The notes: generated by a model not told the origin, from the sequence alone. A stretch of 64,000 nt of DNA from Octopus vulgaris (GCA_951406725.2 OX597816.1:54002001-54066000); one strand, 5' to 3'; shown: positions 1 to 13,024, counted from the stretch's first letter. Numbers and translations are program-made.

Positions 1-780
1 GGTGTGACACTGCACAGGAGAAAGGTGTGGGTGAAAAGCTCATCAGGCAGGTGGTGCATGAAGACATTCCCTACTTTCCATGCATAAGATCTGGTCATCA
101 AATCTAAGTAGAGACTTCAAACTTGAAATCTTCAAAGCCACAGTCGAACCAATTCTACTATATGGCTCAGAAACCTGGACGTTATCAAAGAAGCTTGAGA
201 GGCGGTTGGATGGAACCTACACTCGCCTCCTTATGAGAGCTCAAAATCTCTCGTGGAAGCGTCATCCAACCAAAATGCAAATATATGGGAAACTACCACC
301 TGTGTCATCTCTTGTGAAAGGTAGGAGAGTCCAGTTTGCTGGACGTTGTTGTAGAGCTGAAAACGAGGCAATTTCTACTCTTCTCCTCTGGAAGCCATCT
401 ACTCGCAATACCAGAGGGCGCACACTCTCCTACCCTGATGTAATCTCCAGGAATACAGGCATCCAGCAACAGGACCTCCGTAATGCCATGATGGACCGTG
501 AAGTCTGGTGCAGCATGGTAAATTCCAATGTGTCGACCACGGTCAAACAATGATGATGATGATGACTTTCCAGACATGATGAAGAGGAGACAATTTCTGT
601 CCAAGACAATGTGAGGAAAGTGACTCAGGCACACCAAGAAGCTGATCAACAAGGTGAAATACCTGATGGAGCCAGATATGCTGTGGTTCTTCTCTGAATT
701 TCTGCCAAGACCAGAAGATCAACTCCCAGAAGAGCAGGTGGCTGGCTGTCTCACACAAGGACGTGCAGAGTCATGCACAT
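1..780 (+). mobile_element. Degenerate Tc1/mariner transposase fragment, split by an RTE insertion
   Basis: 1-80 reads EKGVGEKLIRQVVHEDIPYF. After the insertion it resumes MKRRQFLSK..TKKLINKVKYLMEPDMLWFFS..FCQDQKINSQKSRWLA, homologous to the transposase remnant at 35.3-35.5 kb. Confidence 0.7.
81..564 (+). mobile_element. 5'-truncated RTE-clade LINE (3' end), young family
   Basis: Near-identical to 25398-25883, with a (TGA)n tail and 8-bp TSD ACTTTCCA at 73-80 and 565-572. Confidence 0.9.
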
Positions 781-1055
781 GAATGTCCATCTTCCATGCA
801 TGCATTGGTAGGACGGTTGTCAGGAACCGGCCAGGTAGAAAAACTATTCTAGGCTATTGTGTCTGTTTCGGCAGGGATTTTACAGCTGGATGCCCTTCCT
901 AACACCAACCACTCCACCGAGTGGACTCAGTGCTTTTTCGTGTGGCACTAGCACAGGCAAGGTTAGTTTTGGCATGATTTTTACAGCTGGATGCCCTTCC
1001 AGACACCAACCACATTGCAGTGTGGACTGGATGCTTTTAACGTAGCACCAGCACT

Positions 1056-1232
1056 CATCATCATCATTGTTTGACCGTGGTCGAGACAATGGAATTTACC
1101 ATGCTACGCCAGACTTCACGGTCCATCATGGCATTACGGAGGTCCTGTTGCTGGATGCCTGTATCCCTGGAGATTACATCAGGGTAGGAGAGTGTGCGCC
1201 CTCTGGTATTGCGAGTAGATGGCTTCCAGAGG
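1056..1232 (-). mobile_element. Short 3' fragment of the same young RTE family
   Basis: Encodes LWKPSTRNTRGRTLSYPDVISRDTGIQQQDLRNAMMDREVWRSMVNSIVSTTVKQ followed by a (TGA)n tail on the minus strand. Confidence 0.88.
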
Positions 1233-1949
1233 GTAAGCAAGTAACTTGCAAGACAAGGAATTGTGAGATGGGCAGGGGGCATTTGAAGAGAGGAACTTGT
1301 TTCAGAGGATGAAAGTTTAGAGTGTAACAGAGAGACAGAAGTAGGTGTCTTGCCACAACAGAGGGGACATTAGAGGAGGAGGTATTCCAGTATCAGATGA
1401 TGAAAGGTTAGAGTGTAACAGAGAAATAGAGAGGCAGAAATAGGTATCTTGCTATAGAGGCGGTACATGGTTACTAAGGGAGAGAGAGAGAGAAAGAGAG
1501 ACAGAGAGAGAGAGAGAGGAGGGCCAGAAAGAAGTGTGCTGATGGAAAGGAGATACTTGGTTACCTAGTCAGAGGAAAAACAAGAGGAGAGAGTAGGAAA
1601 CAGCAAAAGAGCAAGAGAGAGCAGAAGAGAGAGGGTGTAGTGCCGAAGTATACTCACAAGGAACAAGGATCCGAGTATAGAACCTGGGTACAAAAATAGG
1701 GTGTGTGTGGTGGGTAGAGGAAGCAGCAATACAGTGAGCAGAGCAGTGAGAGCAAGAATGGGGATTGGAAAACAATCATAGTTTATGAAGCAGGGATGTG
1801 AGGAAGAGAAAGATGCAGTTTAGAAGAGGAGATGTAATTTGGTTTCTTAGGATAGAGTGGGAAGAAAAGTGTGTTGTTACATGTGGTTGGGACACAACTC
1901 TTCTAGCACCCACTTTCATGGACAGGTCTTCTCTACAACCTTATATTGC

Positions 1950-2375
1950 CAAACATCTCATTCCATTGTCATTTCCTCTGTAAGCGCCAACATCCTAAGA
2001 TTGGTCCTCACCACTTCATCCCGTGTTTTCCTGGGTTTACCTCTTCCAAAGGTATCATCCACTTTCAGTGACAGGCATTTCTGTATACAGCTGTCTTCCC
2101 TCATATCCAAACCAACACATTCTCCTCTCCTGCATACCACATTTAATCCCTCTTATGCCTAACTTTTCTCTCAACACAGTTGTGCTTTGCCAGTCATGCA
2201 CACTGATGTTGCAAATCCAACAGAGCATACTACCTTCATTTCTCTCCAGTCTACACATGTCCTCTGCAGTCAGAGCCCATGTCTCACTACCATGTAGCGT
2301 GTAGGAAAAGACCTTTGTTGCCAATAATGGTTGTAGTTCCCTGAACTTTTACCAACCTATTCTTACTCTAGCTCA
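1950..2375 (-). mobile_element. Old RTE (BovB-like) LINE fragment
   Basis: LHGSETWALTAEDMCRLERNEGSMLCWICN...GRGKPRKT, the RTE post-RT region, with frameshifts. Confidence 0.8.
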
Positions 2376-2571
2376 ATATTTTCAGTAAAAAGCACTCAGT
2401 CCACTTTGTGGAGTGGCTGGTGTTAGGAAGGGCATCCAGCCATAATAACCCTGCCAAGACAGACTCTGTAGCCTGGGGTAGTCTTATACCTGGTTGGCTC
2501 CTGTCAAACCATCCAACCCATTCCTACAAGGAAGGCGGACAATAAACAATGATGATGATAATGATGATCAA

Positions 2572-2803
2572 GGTGGCGAGCTGGCAGAATCGTTAGCACG
2601 CCGGGCGAAATGCGTAACCGTATTTCGTCTGCCGTTACGTTCTGAGTTCAAATTCCGCCGAGGTCAACTTTGCCTTTCATTCTTTCGGGGGTCGATAAAT
2701 TAAGTACCAGTTACGCACTGGGGTCGATGTAATCGACTTAATCCATGTGTCTGTCCTTGTTTGTCCCCTCTATGTTTAGCCCCTTGTGGGTAATAAAGAA
2801 ACA
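2572..2803 (+). mobile_element. tRNA-derived SINE family B (Meta/MESC-like central domain)
   Basis: A-box-like TGGCAGAATCG, B-box GAGTTCAAATTCC and GCCTTTCATTCTTTCGGGGGTCGATAAA core. 15-bp TSD GATAATGATGATCAA at 2557-2571 and 2804-2818. Confidence 0.88.
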
Positions 2804-3242
2804 GATAATGATGATCAACCATCTCCTTTGCTGATCAAATCTCTCAGGTAACAAAAGCTATCAACTACTTCCCTTCAAAGGAATCCATTTCCAGTTTGTT
2901 CATAGAAGATACAGCTCCACTGCATCTATCTCACATGAAGATTATGTCCTTTTTTGCTTTCTCTCTGTACACACATACACAAAATGCTTCTTTATCAAAT
3001 CCAACAAGACTTGGTTAGTTGGCAGCCATAATAGAAGACATTTGACAAAAATGTCACACAGTAGGATTGAACCCAATATATCCTTTTTAAGTTTGTGGCC
3101 TCCCCTCCACCATCTTTGATGCCTTCCTGTTTCTTTATAATTCATTTTCTTTTCTTCCCATTATTTATCTTCTCTCCAACGACTTCCTCTTCTATTTCTT
3201 GTATCATTTTGTCAGTGTATTAAGGAGGTATCTGTTGCTTTA

Positions 3243-3474
3243 AGGCGATGAGCTGGCAGAAACGTTAGCAGGCCGGGCGAAATGCTTAGCGGTATTTCTT
3301 CTGTCGCTACATTCTGAGTTCAAATTCCGCCGAGGTCGACTTTGCCTTTCATCCTTTCGGGGGTCGATTAAATAAGTACCAGTTATGCACTGGGGTCGAT
3401 ATAATCGACTTAATCCGTTTGTCTGTCCTTGTTTGTCCTCTCTGTGTTTAGCCCCTTGTGGGTAGTAAAGAAAT
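3243..3474 (+). mobile_element. tRNA-derived SINE family B
   Basis: Same family as 2572-2803. 17-bp TSD AGGTATCTGTTGCTTTA at 3226-3242 and 3475-3491. Confidence 0.9.
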
Positions 3475-3763
3475 AGGTATCTGTTGCTTTATACCAACAA
3501 CCTTTCTTTACTGTCAGTCATCACTCCCTCTTCCACTAGCCACTTGCTATTGATATCCCTCACATACCTTTACCATTGACCACCTCCACTGCTATCCATC
3601 ACTCACTGACTGCCCCTTGTAGAAATTAGGCCAAAATTGGAACACATGAATGAGACATTGTCTTCCAGTCAGTCTAATAGTAACTCTGTACAAGAACTGA
3701 CATGGAGTGTGATAAACTGTTCAACTAATGCCAGCATGGGAATGGATATAAAACAATGATGAC

Positions 3764-4358
3764 TGTTGTGATTTTAGTTTTGATTACATGATTTTGATTT
3801 TCTTGATTGCTGTTACATGCCTGCAGTGCGACTGTGCAGAGTTCTGTTCTGTTTGCAAACAACATGTTCAGCATTGATTTTATGCAACTCGCTGCATAAA
3901 AATGTTATTGCGTTGAAGTTTGGTTTTGCTTACAATTTAGCAATCTTTGTTTGTATTGTATATTGCTGTATTTTTAGTCGATTAGAACCTTTTAAACTTT
4001 GATATTCGAGTTTGGGTTTATAACAATTTAATCGACTAAATATAACGAGAGAGAGAGAGAGAGAGAAAATGGACAGCAAATTTATAAAACCAAATTTGTT
4101 CACCGCTAATCCAAATTTGAGTCAAGCTTCAAAAGAATGGAAATATTGGTTCAGAACTTTAAAAAATTTTTTAGAATCATTTCCTGCTGAACTGCCTATC
4201 ACTGATGAAAGTAAACTTAGGTGTTTAATAGCGCTAGTAGATAAAGACATTTACGAACTTATAAGTGAATGTGAGAATTACTCAGAAGCAATTCAAACTC
4301 TGGAGAAACTGTACGTAAAACCTTTTAAACTTTGATATTCGAATTTGGGTTTATAACA
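3764..4358 (+). mobile_element. Internally deleted LTR retrotransposon (5' LTR 3764-4025, gag N-terminus, 3' LTR tip)
   Basis: TGTT...AACA termini. The LTR end AACCTTTTAAACTTTGATATTCGA.TTTGGGTTTATAACA occurs at 3986-4025 and 4319-4358. ORF 4069 (MDSKFIKPNLF..SKEWKYWFRTLKNFLE) resembles Gypsy Gag. Flanks ATGAC/ATGAT fit a 5-bp TSD with one mismatch. Confidence 0.8.
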
Positions 4359-5958
4359 ATGATGATATAAAACAAAAGTTTTAGGAAGAATTTGATAGAC
4401 TCTTGACTGCTCTCTCAAAGTCAGAGAAAATTATCCATGTTGCTGACTTCAACTATAGTTGGAGTTGGCCAAATATCATGGAAGTCACTGATAGACATGG
4501 CACTGAAAGCTGCAACAGAAATAAGATGGACTTATCTTAAAGGATCCCACCTCATCACTGTCGAAAATAATGTACCACCTGCCCGTCTGCAACAAGATGT
4601 AGTGCATACACACCCACTCTCAAAAGTGGTATCTGCTGGGATGAGAAATTGGTGGGATTTAAGGAGGTCAAGGGTGTGAAGCAAACTGCAGGGTAAATCA
4701 TTAATGGATCATGTTGAAAATGAACATGCACATCCAATCCAAAAAGACCCCAGGCACAGAAGATACTCAAGAGACTTAACAGGACTAACGACAATCTCAG
4801 CTAATTTCTTCACAGGCTTAAATAACAGAAGAATTCAGACTCCACTGAAACAAGGCAGCATTGAAAAACAATCATCTCCTTCAAGGACATTGTCAACCTA
4901 ACTGCTCAGAACATGTTGGAACAACCAGGACCAGTTCACTGATAATGATGAAAAGATCAAGGTCTATAGGCAGAGTAGAATCAACATCTTTGGTACCAAA
5001 GTAGTCAATAAGAAAGCAGCAGAATTCCCCAAGATCTGCCATACAGTGGATTGAGGATTTTAAGAATCCTAGCTCAGCAGTAAGGCAGACAACCAAGGTC
5101 TGAAGTAATTCTATGATGAACTGAAGTTTACCCATTTGCCCAAGGGCCATGACCCACTCCTCAGTGCTGGCATCCAAACATTGGTCACAGAGAAATGGTA
5201 GATACTGAAGCAATGGCTAGAACACTGGTAATGTGCCCAACCATCAGGAAGGTTACTGACTGTCTGTCACAGGTAGAGACGAACCATGAGCTTCACTTCC
5301 CACCCTTACTTGCAGAAGTCATAAAAGTAATCTCATAGATGTTCTGTAGCTAGGTTCCTGCAGAGATGTGTAAAGCAGATGAGATGGTCACTCTTGTACA
5401 GCTACCAATAATATCTATGTCTATAAAAGAAAAGGGAACTGCTAGATATGTGACAACCACAGAGCAATCTCCCCACTGTCTCTTGCTAGCAAAAATCCGG
5501 CTCAGCCAACCCTTAGGAAACAAGCATAAGAACTGTCCCTGGTTTTATGCTTTTTTCTCAAACTCTATTTTGATTTTTCCAAATATTGTCATTAGTTTGT
5601 TTCATTAATGAGAGGTTTTATAAAATCTCTCAGATTAATTGAATCCCCATTTCATGGTCATGTGATCATATGTATGGATTATTCTGTACGAGACAGAACA
5701 CCTGTATACTTCATAGCCAAGAAATATTCCACCTTTTGTATAATTAATTAGCACAGCTAATTAGCTCTCACAGGCAACTTGCAATGTCTCTATATTGTGA
5801 TGTTAAAACAAAATATCGGTGTTAAAGGAAGGTCTGGGAGTAATTAAAACATATGAATCAAAAGACCAAGTCTTTGGTGTCATTCATATGTTAATGATAA
5901 GTGGCAAATAATTAAAAATAGGGAATAAACGAAAGAGTAATCTTTATGGGATGCTTAC

Positions 5959-6019
5959 CTGGCAGGTTTGTAGAACTCACAAAGGTAATCAAATCTCTCA
6001 TCTGGCACTGCAACACGAC
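5959..6019 (-). CDS. OLA1: Obg-like ATPase 1, coding exon 3
   Basis: ttgcatag|GT CGT GTT GCA GTG CCA GAT GAG AGA TTT GAT TAC...CCT GCC AG|gtaagc encodes SRVAVPDERFDYLCEFYKPA, matching OLA1 [20 protein letters not shown]. Phase matches the preceding exon. Confidence 0.95.
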
Positions 6020-6879
6020 CTATGCAAAAGAGAACATTGCTGAAGAAATGATGGAAGCAACTAAATCAAACAGTATATTCTAGCTAATTAACCAATTCAG
6101 TTAGTTTGAGAGTTAGATTTAGGGGCACTATAATACCATTATGTGCGCAAATGAAAGAGCATTCAATACACTGTGTAGAGTTTACAGACAAACAATTGAA
6201 TGCCAATAATCTGTTTCATGTGTTGAAAAGTGTGTCTCTTCAATCGGACGTTCAGCCTGAGAGAATACTTTAGCCTCATTGGACTTGAAAGGCAGGTCCT
6301 TATTGGTTGTTGGTGATATTGGTAAACATTGGTTGAGATGGGGTCATGTCACTGAAATTGTTGCAGGCTACTGATGCAAGCCACTACTGAAGGCTATGAC
6401 AATGCAAAGGAAGCAACTGGGCCAAGATACCCATTCATTACCAAAGACTTTCACTTGTTTCCTCTGTTGTTGCAGTTACTGGCTAACACTATTTTCTGAC
6501 AAAGTGCTTGTCAGTGACTATAACTGAAAATCAATTTGGATTTTCTGATGACAGACATTGCAGAATATGCAGTTTCTCAGACAGATATACTCTGCAGCTA
6601 CAAAATCAAATTACTGTATGAAGAAGCTGTTGGCACGACGGGATCCAAACATATCAATAATCAATAAGGACCTATCTTGTTTTCAAGTCACATGCTGTTA
6701 AAACTTCATTCAGAGTGAATACCTGAATTATTAAGACACATTTTATATTGTTTAAGCCAACAACTGTTTATTTATAGACAATTTAAGGCAGATTATTCCA
6801 ATTCACTTATCCCACTTTAACAGTGAATCCCACTAAAAAAATATTATTAAAAATACTAAAAAAAGAAATGGCTACTTAC

Positions 6880-6962
6880 TTTCATTTGGGTCTATAGTAC
6901 AAAATGGAAAATTTTCTGCTGAGGCTTGGCTTTTAGTGAGAACGTTGAAAAATGATGACTTC
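6880..6962 (-). CDS. OLA1: Obg-like ATPase 1, coding exon 2
   Basis: tttcatttag|G AAG TCA TCA...AAT GAA A|gtaagt encodes [28 protein letters not shown] (P-loop end and G2 FPFCT motif). Confidence 0.96.
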
Positions 6963-7112
6963 CTAAATGAAAGAAGATGAAAATGAATTTGAAAATGTTT
7001 AATACTACTTGACCATTAGGGGTCACATGTAGCCATTTGGAGCAACTGTCTTTCAACACAAATGTTCAAAATGAAATAAACAAAAGACTAAACTAAGTGA
7101 ACAGCAGAAAAA

Positions 7113-7517
7113 CTTTACTCTTTACTCTTTTACTCTTTTACTTGTTTCTGTCATTTGACTGCGGCCATGCTGGAGCACCGCCTTTTTAGTCGAGCAAATC
7201 GACCCCGGGACTTATTCTTTGTAAGCCCAGTACTTATTCTATTGGTCTCTTTTGCTGAACCGCTAAGTGACAGGGACGTAAACACACCAGCATCGGTTGT
7301 CAAGCAATGCTAGGGGGACAAACACACACACACATATATATATATACATATATACGACAGGCTTCTTTCAGTTTCCGTCTACCAAATCCACTCACAAGGC
7401 ATTGGTCGGCCCGGGGCTATAGCAGAAGACACTTGCCCAAGATGCCACGCAGTGGGACTGAACTCGGAACCATGTGGTTGGTAAGCAAGCTACTTACCAC
7501 ACAGCCACTCCTGCGCC
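7113..7517 (-). mobile_element. tRNA-derived SINE family A (CORE-like CTTGGGCAAGTGTCTT domain)
   Basis: Full copy: GGCGCAGGAGTGGCTGTGTGGTAAG head, internal (TA/TG)n and (AAAGAGT)n tail. Confidence 0.88.
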
Positions 7518-8363
7518 TATTTGAAAAAATGTTTCTTCTTATTTCAAAACAGTGACAAATTAATTAGTGTTCTCTAATTGTGGAAGGAACCTGTGGAAGA
7601 GGTAGACCCAGAAAGACAGGGGACAAGGAGATGAAATGTGATCTTCGGACGTTGAGTCTCAGAGAGGCAATGACAAGTGACTGAGACTTCTGGCAAATCG
7701 CTTGGGAAGATGTGTCAAGCTCAGTGAAATTGTGGTCGTGGCCTAATGATGGAGATGTGTGAATGGCATCCAAGTCCATGACATGTAAACGCATCCAGTA
7801 CACACTCTATGGTGTGGCTGGTGTTAGGAAGGGCATCCAGCTGTAGAAACCAAACCAAAACAGACTGGAGCCTGGTGCAGCTCCCTGACTTACAACCTTC
7901 AGTCAAACCATCTAACCCCTGCTAGCATGGAAAACAGACATCAAATGACAATGATGATGTTATTCTTCTTTACTTCAAGTATTAAGAAAGTCAGTCCTGT
8001 ATTAGATAATTCAAGAAGTTTGATCACAAATCTGGGTAGTTTAATTTTTCTAATTTTTATTTACATAGAAGATGCAAGGAAGGGCATCCAGCTGTAGAAA
8101 CACTGCCAGATCTGACTGGCCTGGTGCAGCCTTCGGGCTTCCCAGATCCCAGTTGAACCGTCCAACCCATGCTAGCATGGAAAGCAGACATTAAACGATG
8201 ATGATGATGATGATGAAGATAAAGAATGCACTTATTGGTTTCTGAAAGAATTATGATAATCAATATGATGAAGTTAAAAAGAACAGTTTTATTTCATTGA
8301 TTTACTTTCAACTGATGAATATGTCCACATAAATTCAATAATGTTTATCTTGCCCCAACTTAC

Positions 8364-8461
8364 CCAACATTAGGAAGACCAACAATTCCAATTTTTAAAT
8401 TAGTGCCAACTCGACCAATTAGAGGAGGAATCTGAGCTTCTTCTTTCTTTTTTGGTGCCAT
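8364..8461 (-). CDS. OLA1: Obg-like ATPase 1, first coding exon
   Basis: cttccag|A ATG GCA CCA AAA...AAT GTT GG|gtaagt encodes [33 protein letters not shown], the OLA1/YchF N-terminus with Walker A. Confidence 0.96.
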
Positions 8462-8578
8462 TCTGGAAGATAAGATTTATCAATTATTAGAATTAACTTC
8501 AAAACAAAGATCTAATAACATAACAGCACTGTAACAGCATTGTATCACAATAATTTAACATATGATGTAACATAGTAA

Positions 8579-8973
8579 TCTTTATATATAAAAGTGAAGT
8601 TGTGTGTCTGTCTCCTACGATTTAGATTCCTAACTACTCCCACATTTTGCGGTGCAGTTTAACCAAAACCGGGTATCTTATAGTCGTGATTCATATTGAG
8701 CCCCTCTGGGTATTAGCGCGCGTCTACGATGAGTCTACGATTTAAAAAAAATTTACCATCATTTTTTTCCATTTTAATGCATTTTTTCGCTATTATATAA
8801 GGGAAGTAACTCTCTAAAAATGTCTACGATGAGTCAAGGATTTAAAAAAAATTACCATCATTTTTTCCCCATTTTTAATGCATTTTTTTGCTATCTTTTG
8901 GCTATAACTCTCTAAAAATGCTTATATAGTTATTTCCCTTACAAACCCGAGCAATGCCGGGCGATACTGCCAG
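8579..8973 (+). mobile_element. Non-autonomous Helitron
   Basis: A|TCTTTATATATA start, subterminal hairpin CCCGAGCAATGCCGGG, end CCAG|T (variant of CTAG). Inserted between A and T with no TSD. Confidence 0.7.
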
Positions 8974-10130
8974 TAGAACATAATGTAACAATATTGTAAC
9001 ATTATGATGTAACATATAATGTACCATGATAATAAAACAGTAACTGTAGACCCAGGGTCGCCCTTACTGAGCAGACATATGGTCAAAGACGTTCCAGTCA
9101 TGATCATTCTCTCTCTCTCTCTCTCTCATTTTTCTTTTACATTTCTGCAATGTATGCACAGACATAGCTGTGTGGTTAAGAAGTTTGCTTCCCAACCACA
9201 CGGCTTCAGGTTCAGTCCCACAACATGGTACCTTGGGCAACTGTCTTCTACTATAGCCCTGAACTGAAAATCTTGTGAGTGGATTTGTTAAACAGAAACT
9301 CAAAAAGGCCCATTGTATCTGTGCCTCTTTGTCTTGTTATTGTGAGATAGATATAAACAGGTGTTGCCTTTACATAGGTGGTGTCTTTTGTTTCCAGTTT
9401 TCTGTGAAAACACATCCAGTCAAAGGAAAAATACTACCTTGCATGGACGAAGATGAGGGTTGACAATAAGAAGGACATCTGACCAAAGAAGGGCATTTGA
9501 CCAAGGAAAGGCATCTGGTCATAGAAAATCCATCTCAACAAGCATGGAAAAGCAGCTGTTAAAATGAAGGTGGTGAATACATCCTTACTTTTTACAAGGA
9601 GAAATGTTCTTAACAAAATATTCCATTACAAGTGTAAGTTATAGAATATTGCAGGTGACACCATTAGGAATGTTGGCTACACAAGATTCCAGAGTTGATG
9701 TCAGAAATGAAAGCCATATGTAGACTATATCATCTGACATCAGAAATGATGGCTCTAGAATATTGCAGTAGACACTGACGGAATTGACAATGATTGTAAG
9801 TTGACATTGTATTTGAAATATAACTCTAATTTTAATAATTACTCTGGAAAGAAAGTGGATAATGGCAAAATTAGTGGAACATCAGACAAAATATGTTGTG
9901 GTATTTAGAAGTAACTGTTTACACTCTTGGTTTAATCCTACTGAGCTTAACTTTGCTTTTTAGCTTCAGAAATACCAGTTGCATAATGGGGTTAATTTAA
10001 TGGGTTGTGCCAATATTAGAAATCAATAATTATTGCAGGAACATATTCTACACCACCACCACTACCATTGTCATCACTTTATAGATTTTCCAAACTGGCA
10101 CGGACCAGACAGGCTTCACATTCGCAAATT

Positions 10131-10462
10131 CATCATCATCATCATTTAGCGTCCGCTTTCCATGCTAGCATGGGTTGGACGGTTCAACTGGGGTCTGGGA
10201 AGCCAGAAGGCTGCACCAGACCCAGTCTGATCTGGCAGTGTTTCTACGGCTGGATGCCCTTCCTAACGCCAACCACTCCATGAGTGTAGTTGGTGCTTTT
10301 TACGTGCCACCCGCACAGGTGCCAGACGGGGCTGGCAAACGGCCACGGACGGATGGTGCTTTTTACGTGCCACCGGCACGGGGGCCAGGCGAGGCTGGCA
10401 ACAGTCACGATCGGATGGTGCTTTTTACGTGCCACCAGCACAGGGGCCAGGCGAGGCTGGCA
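10131..10462 (-). mobile_element. RTE-tail non-autonomous element (family C; many further copies, e.g. 8076-8216, 12098-12430, 45372-45550, 55158-55421, 56370-56636, 62325-62520)
   Basis: GGTTGGCGTTAGGAAGGGCATCCAGC motif, ~61-bp GGCACGTAAAAGCACC units and (GAT)n tail. The same sequence forms the 3' end of old RTE copies in the window. Confidence 0.8.
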
Positions 10463-10699
10463 TAAACTTCTAAAATAAATAAATAAATACCAGTTATTTT
10501 CTTTCTAAAGAAAGTATGGAAATGAAATCTTTGCTCAAATATCAGAATCAGCATTTATAAAACCCTCTAAATCCTTCAAGAGATGTAGCATTGCTATGGG
10601 TTTCTGCTACCAATTTTGTTTAGAGTTATATTTTACAGAGTGGACAGCTCCGAGAATTGGAAGATGTTTCTTAGTTTTCAATTGCTTTGACGATACTGT

Positions 10700-11000
10700 T
10701 GCTGCTGTTGAGCGTAGCAGTCTTCGTCCAGTGGGAGAAGTCCGAAACGTGGTCCTTTGCTATTCGTAAGACCCGCAGAAGAGAAAGCAGGTCAAACCCT
10801 GACACCGAGAGCATCGACGGATGGATGAATACGCATCCAGGCTCAGCAGTTGCGTAGAAAGTCGGGGACAAGAAACAGGAAGAAAGAGTGAGAGAAAGTT
10901 GGAGCGAAAGAGTACAACAGGGGTCGCCACCCCACCCCACCCCTGCCGGAGCCTCGTGGAGCTTTTAGGTGTTTTCGCTCAATAAACACACACACACACA
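10700..11000 (-). mobile_element. Partial SINE related to 46856-47157
   Basis: Shares GAAGAAAGAGT..AGAGTACA.CAGGG..CCCTGCCGGAGCCTC.TGGAGCTTTTAGGTGTT..GCTCAATAAACAC with the 47 kb copy. Confidence 0.7.
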
Positions 11001-12816
11001 ACTGTTGCTGCTTCTGATGCTACTGAAGAATCTTTTTAGCTTACAAATGATGGAACACCCTTAAAGAGATTTTCTTTGTAATAAAAACATTCCTGTCTGA
11101 AGTCCTTCAGCATCATTATGCCAGGTCATTTACCAAATAAATACTATTCATCATCATTTAACATAATTTTCAGTATTTGCCATTTCATTAACATCTAAAT
11201 TCATTGATTCCGAAAGAGGGGATAACTGGTTCCTTTACATGTCTCAAAATAGTTTCTAAAAAAAAAAAAATCAGTCTTCATTAAAGCTGAATTGTTCTAT
11301 CATTCAATCTTTGAAAAGGCAAGAGAAGAACATATGAGACATTAATACTTTTTACTTCATTAGGGTGACAAGCTGGTAGAATCATTAACACACTGCGCAA
11401 AGTGCTTAGCGGTATTTCATCTGTCTTTACGTTCTGAGTTTAAATTTGCCTTTCATTCTTTCAGGGTCAATAAAATAAGTACCAGTTGTGTATTGGGGTC
11501 AATGTATTTGACTTATCTCTCCCCTCAAATTACTGGTCTTGTGCTAAAATTTGAAATCATTATATTTAACTTCAATAGCTGTTATTTCCTTTTTAAACAT
11601 TATTTCAGCTATTTTATCTCAAATCTGCAGTGAAAATTACTATTAGGATCCCAAAATTCTTTAATATTAGAATTATAGTCAAGAAGATTCATTCTGTATT
11701 TTGGTAGAATTAAAATATTTGCAATGGATTTCATCAAAAGGGAAACATTGGTAAATAAATTAGTTTTATTCAATGGGCTTCATTAAAAAGCTTATTAATT
11801 TCTTGAACATGATTTAAAATTGAATGAAAAAAAAAAAAGAAACAATTTCATACAACTGATCAGCACAGCAGTTCTACAACCCAAACTTCCAAGTGTCTGG
11901 AGAGACACTCAACACCAATTACAAAGAGTAACACACACATCTGAACAGAGGGAATGATGGAACTTCCTAAATTTCTGATAGAAACTATTGTTGACTTTCT
12001 TCCATAACATAAATATTGTCAGTTCTAAAACCCAAACGATTTTTAGTGTTTAATTTCTTTTTTGTTCCCATTCTATATCTAAACAGTCTACATTTCTCAT
12101 CATCATCATTTAACGTCCATGTTCCATGGGTGGGACGGTATCACAAGAGCTGGCCAGGCTGAAGCCTCCACTGGACTTCTGTGACTGTTTTGGCAGGATT
12201 TTTACAGCTGGATGCCCTTCCTAACACCAACCACTCAGCAGAGTGGACTTGGTGCATTTTATGTGGCACAAGTGAGGTGAGTAGCGCTTCTTATGTGGCA
12301 CAAGCATAGGTAAGGTTTTTACAGTTGGATGCCCTTTTGAACACCAACCACTTTACGGTGTGGACTGGATGCTTTTAAGTGTCACCTGCACTGACAGGGT
12401 CACCAAGTACTTGCAAGACAAAAACTTTTAAGAGGGGAGGAGGCATTGGAGGAGGTGATGATGAAAAGTTTATAGTGAGACATTTACAGGTGTCTTGCTG
12501 AAGAGGAAGTTCGAGATTAGCTGGAGAGAGAAAGATCTGGGATGAAGACAGAAACAGGTGTGCAACTGCAAAGAAAATACACGGAGGCCCAGCCTGAGGG
12601 AAGTGGAGATGAGAGAAAGAGAGAGTGAGAGACTGCAGGATGGAGATGGTGGCAAAATGCCGGGCATGCTCACAGGGAACAGGGATCAGAGCATTATATA
12701 AAAACATAAACTCATGAAATGTAGGTACAACTTTTGGTAGTTCTTAACCGAAATATATGACCACTGTAGAAGCTTGTTAACTGTGATATCAATAGATTCA
12801 TCAAATAAAACATTAA

Positions 12817-13024
12817 CCCTTTAGTATTCAAACTGAACATATCTGGCCAACATATTCTGCTTTATGTTCGACCCATCCAGATCTAGTCTTTCAGACCTTC
12901 CCTACAATGTTATTTTTAAAATAAACAATATTATCATTGAAATCTCAAAGTTATGGGATAATGTAGGACAAAATTAAAACAATGTAAATACATAAACATA
13001 ACATTTGAGAGAGTATTTTGAATG
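12817..13024. mobile_element. Older piggyBac-type MITE, right end eroded
   Basis: TTAA|CCCTTTAGTATTCAAA start. The right end TTTGAATG abuts the TTAA of the next element. Confidence 0.55.

Noticed and set aside
4380-5600. Cluster of short ORFs as a host gene (similarly 22150-22850, 39840-40460, 58450-59120)
   Set aside because: No consistent frame, splice structure or recognisable host protein. They look like heavily decayed LINE sequence that I could not classify.
1-5958. Next OLA1 exon (expected ..PAFLNVVDIAGLVKGA..)
   Set aside because: Not found by eye. The candidate at 2821-3145 is a decayed RTE, so the exon is presumably beyond the left edge.
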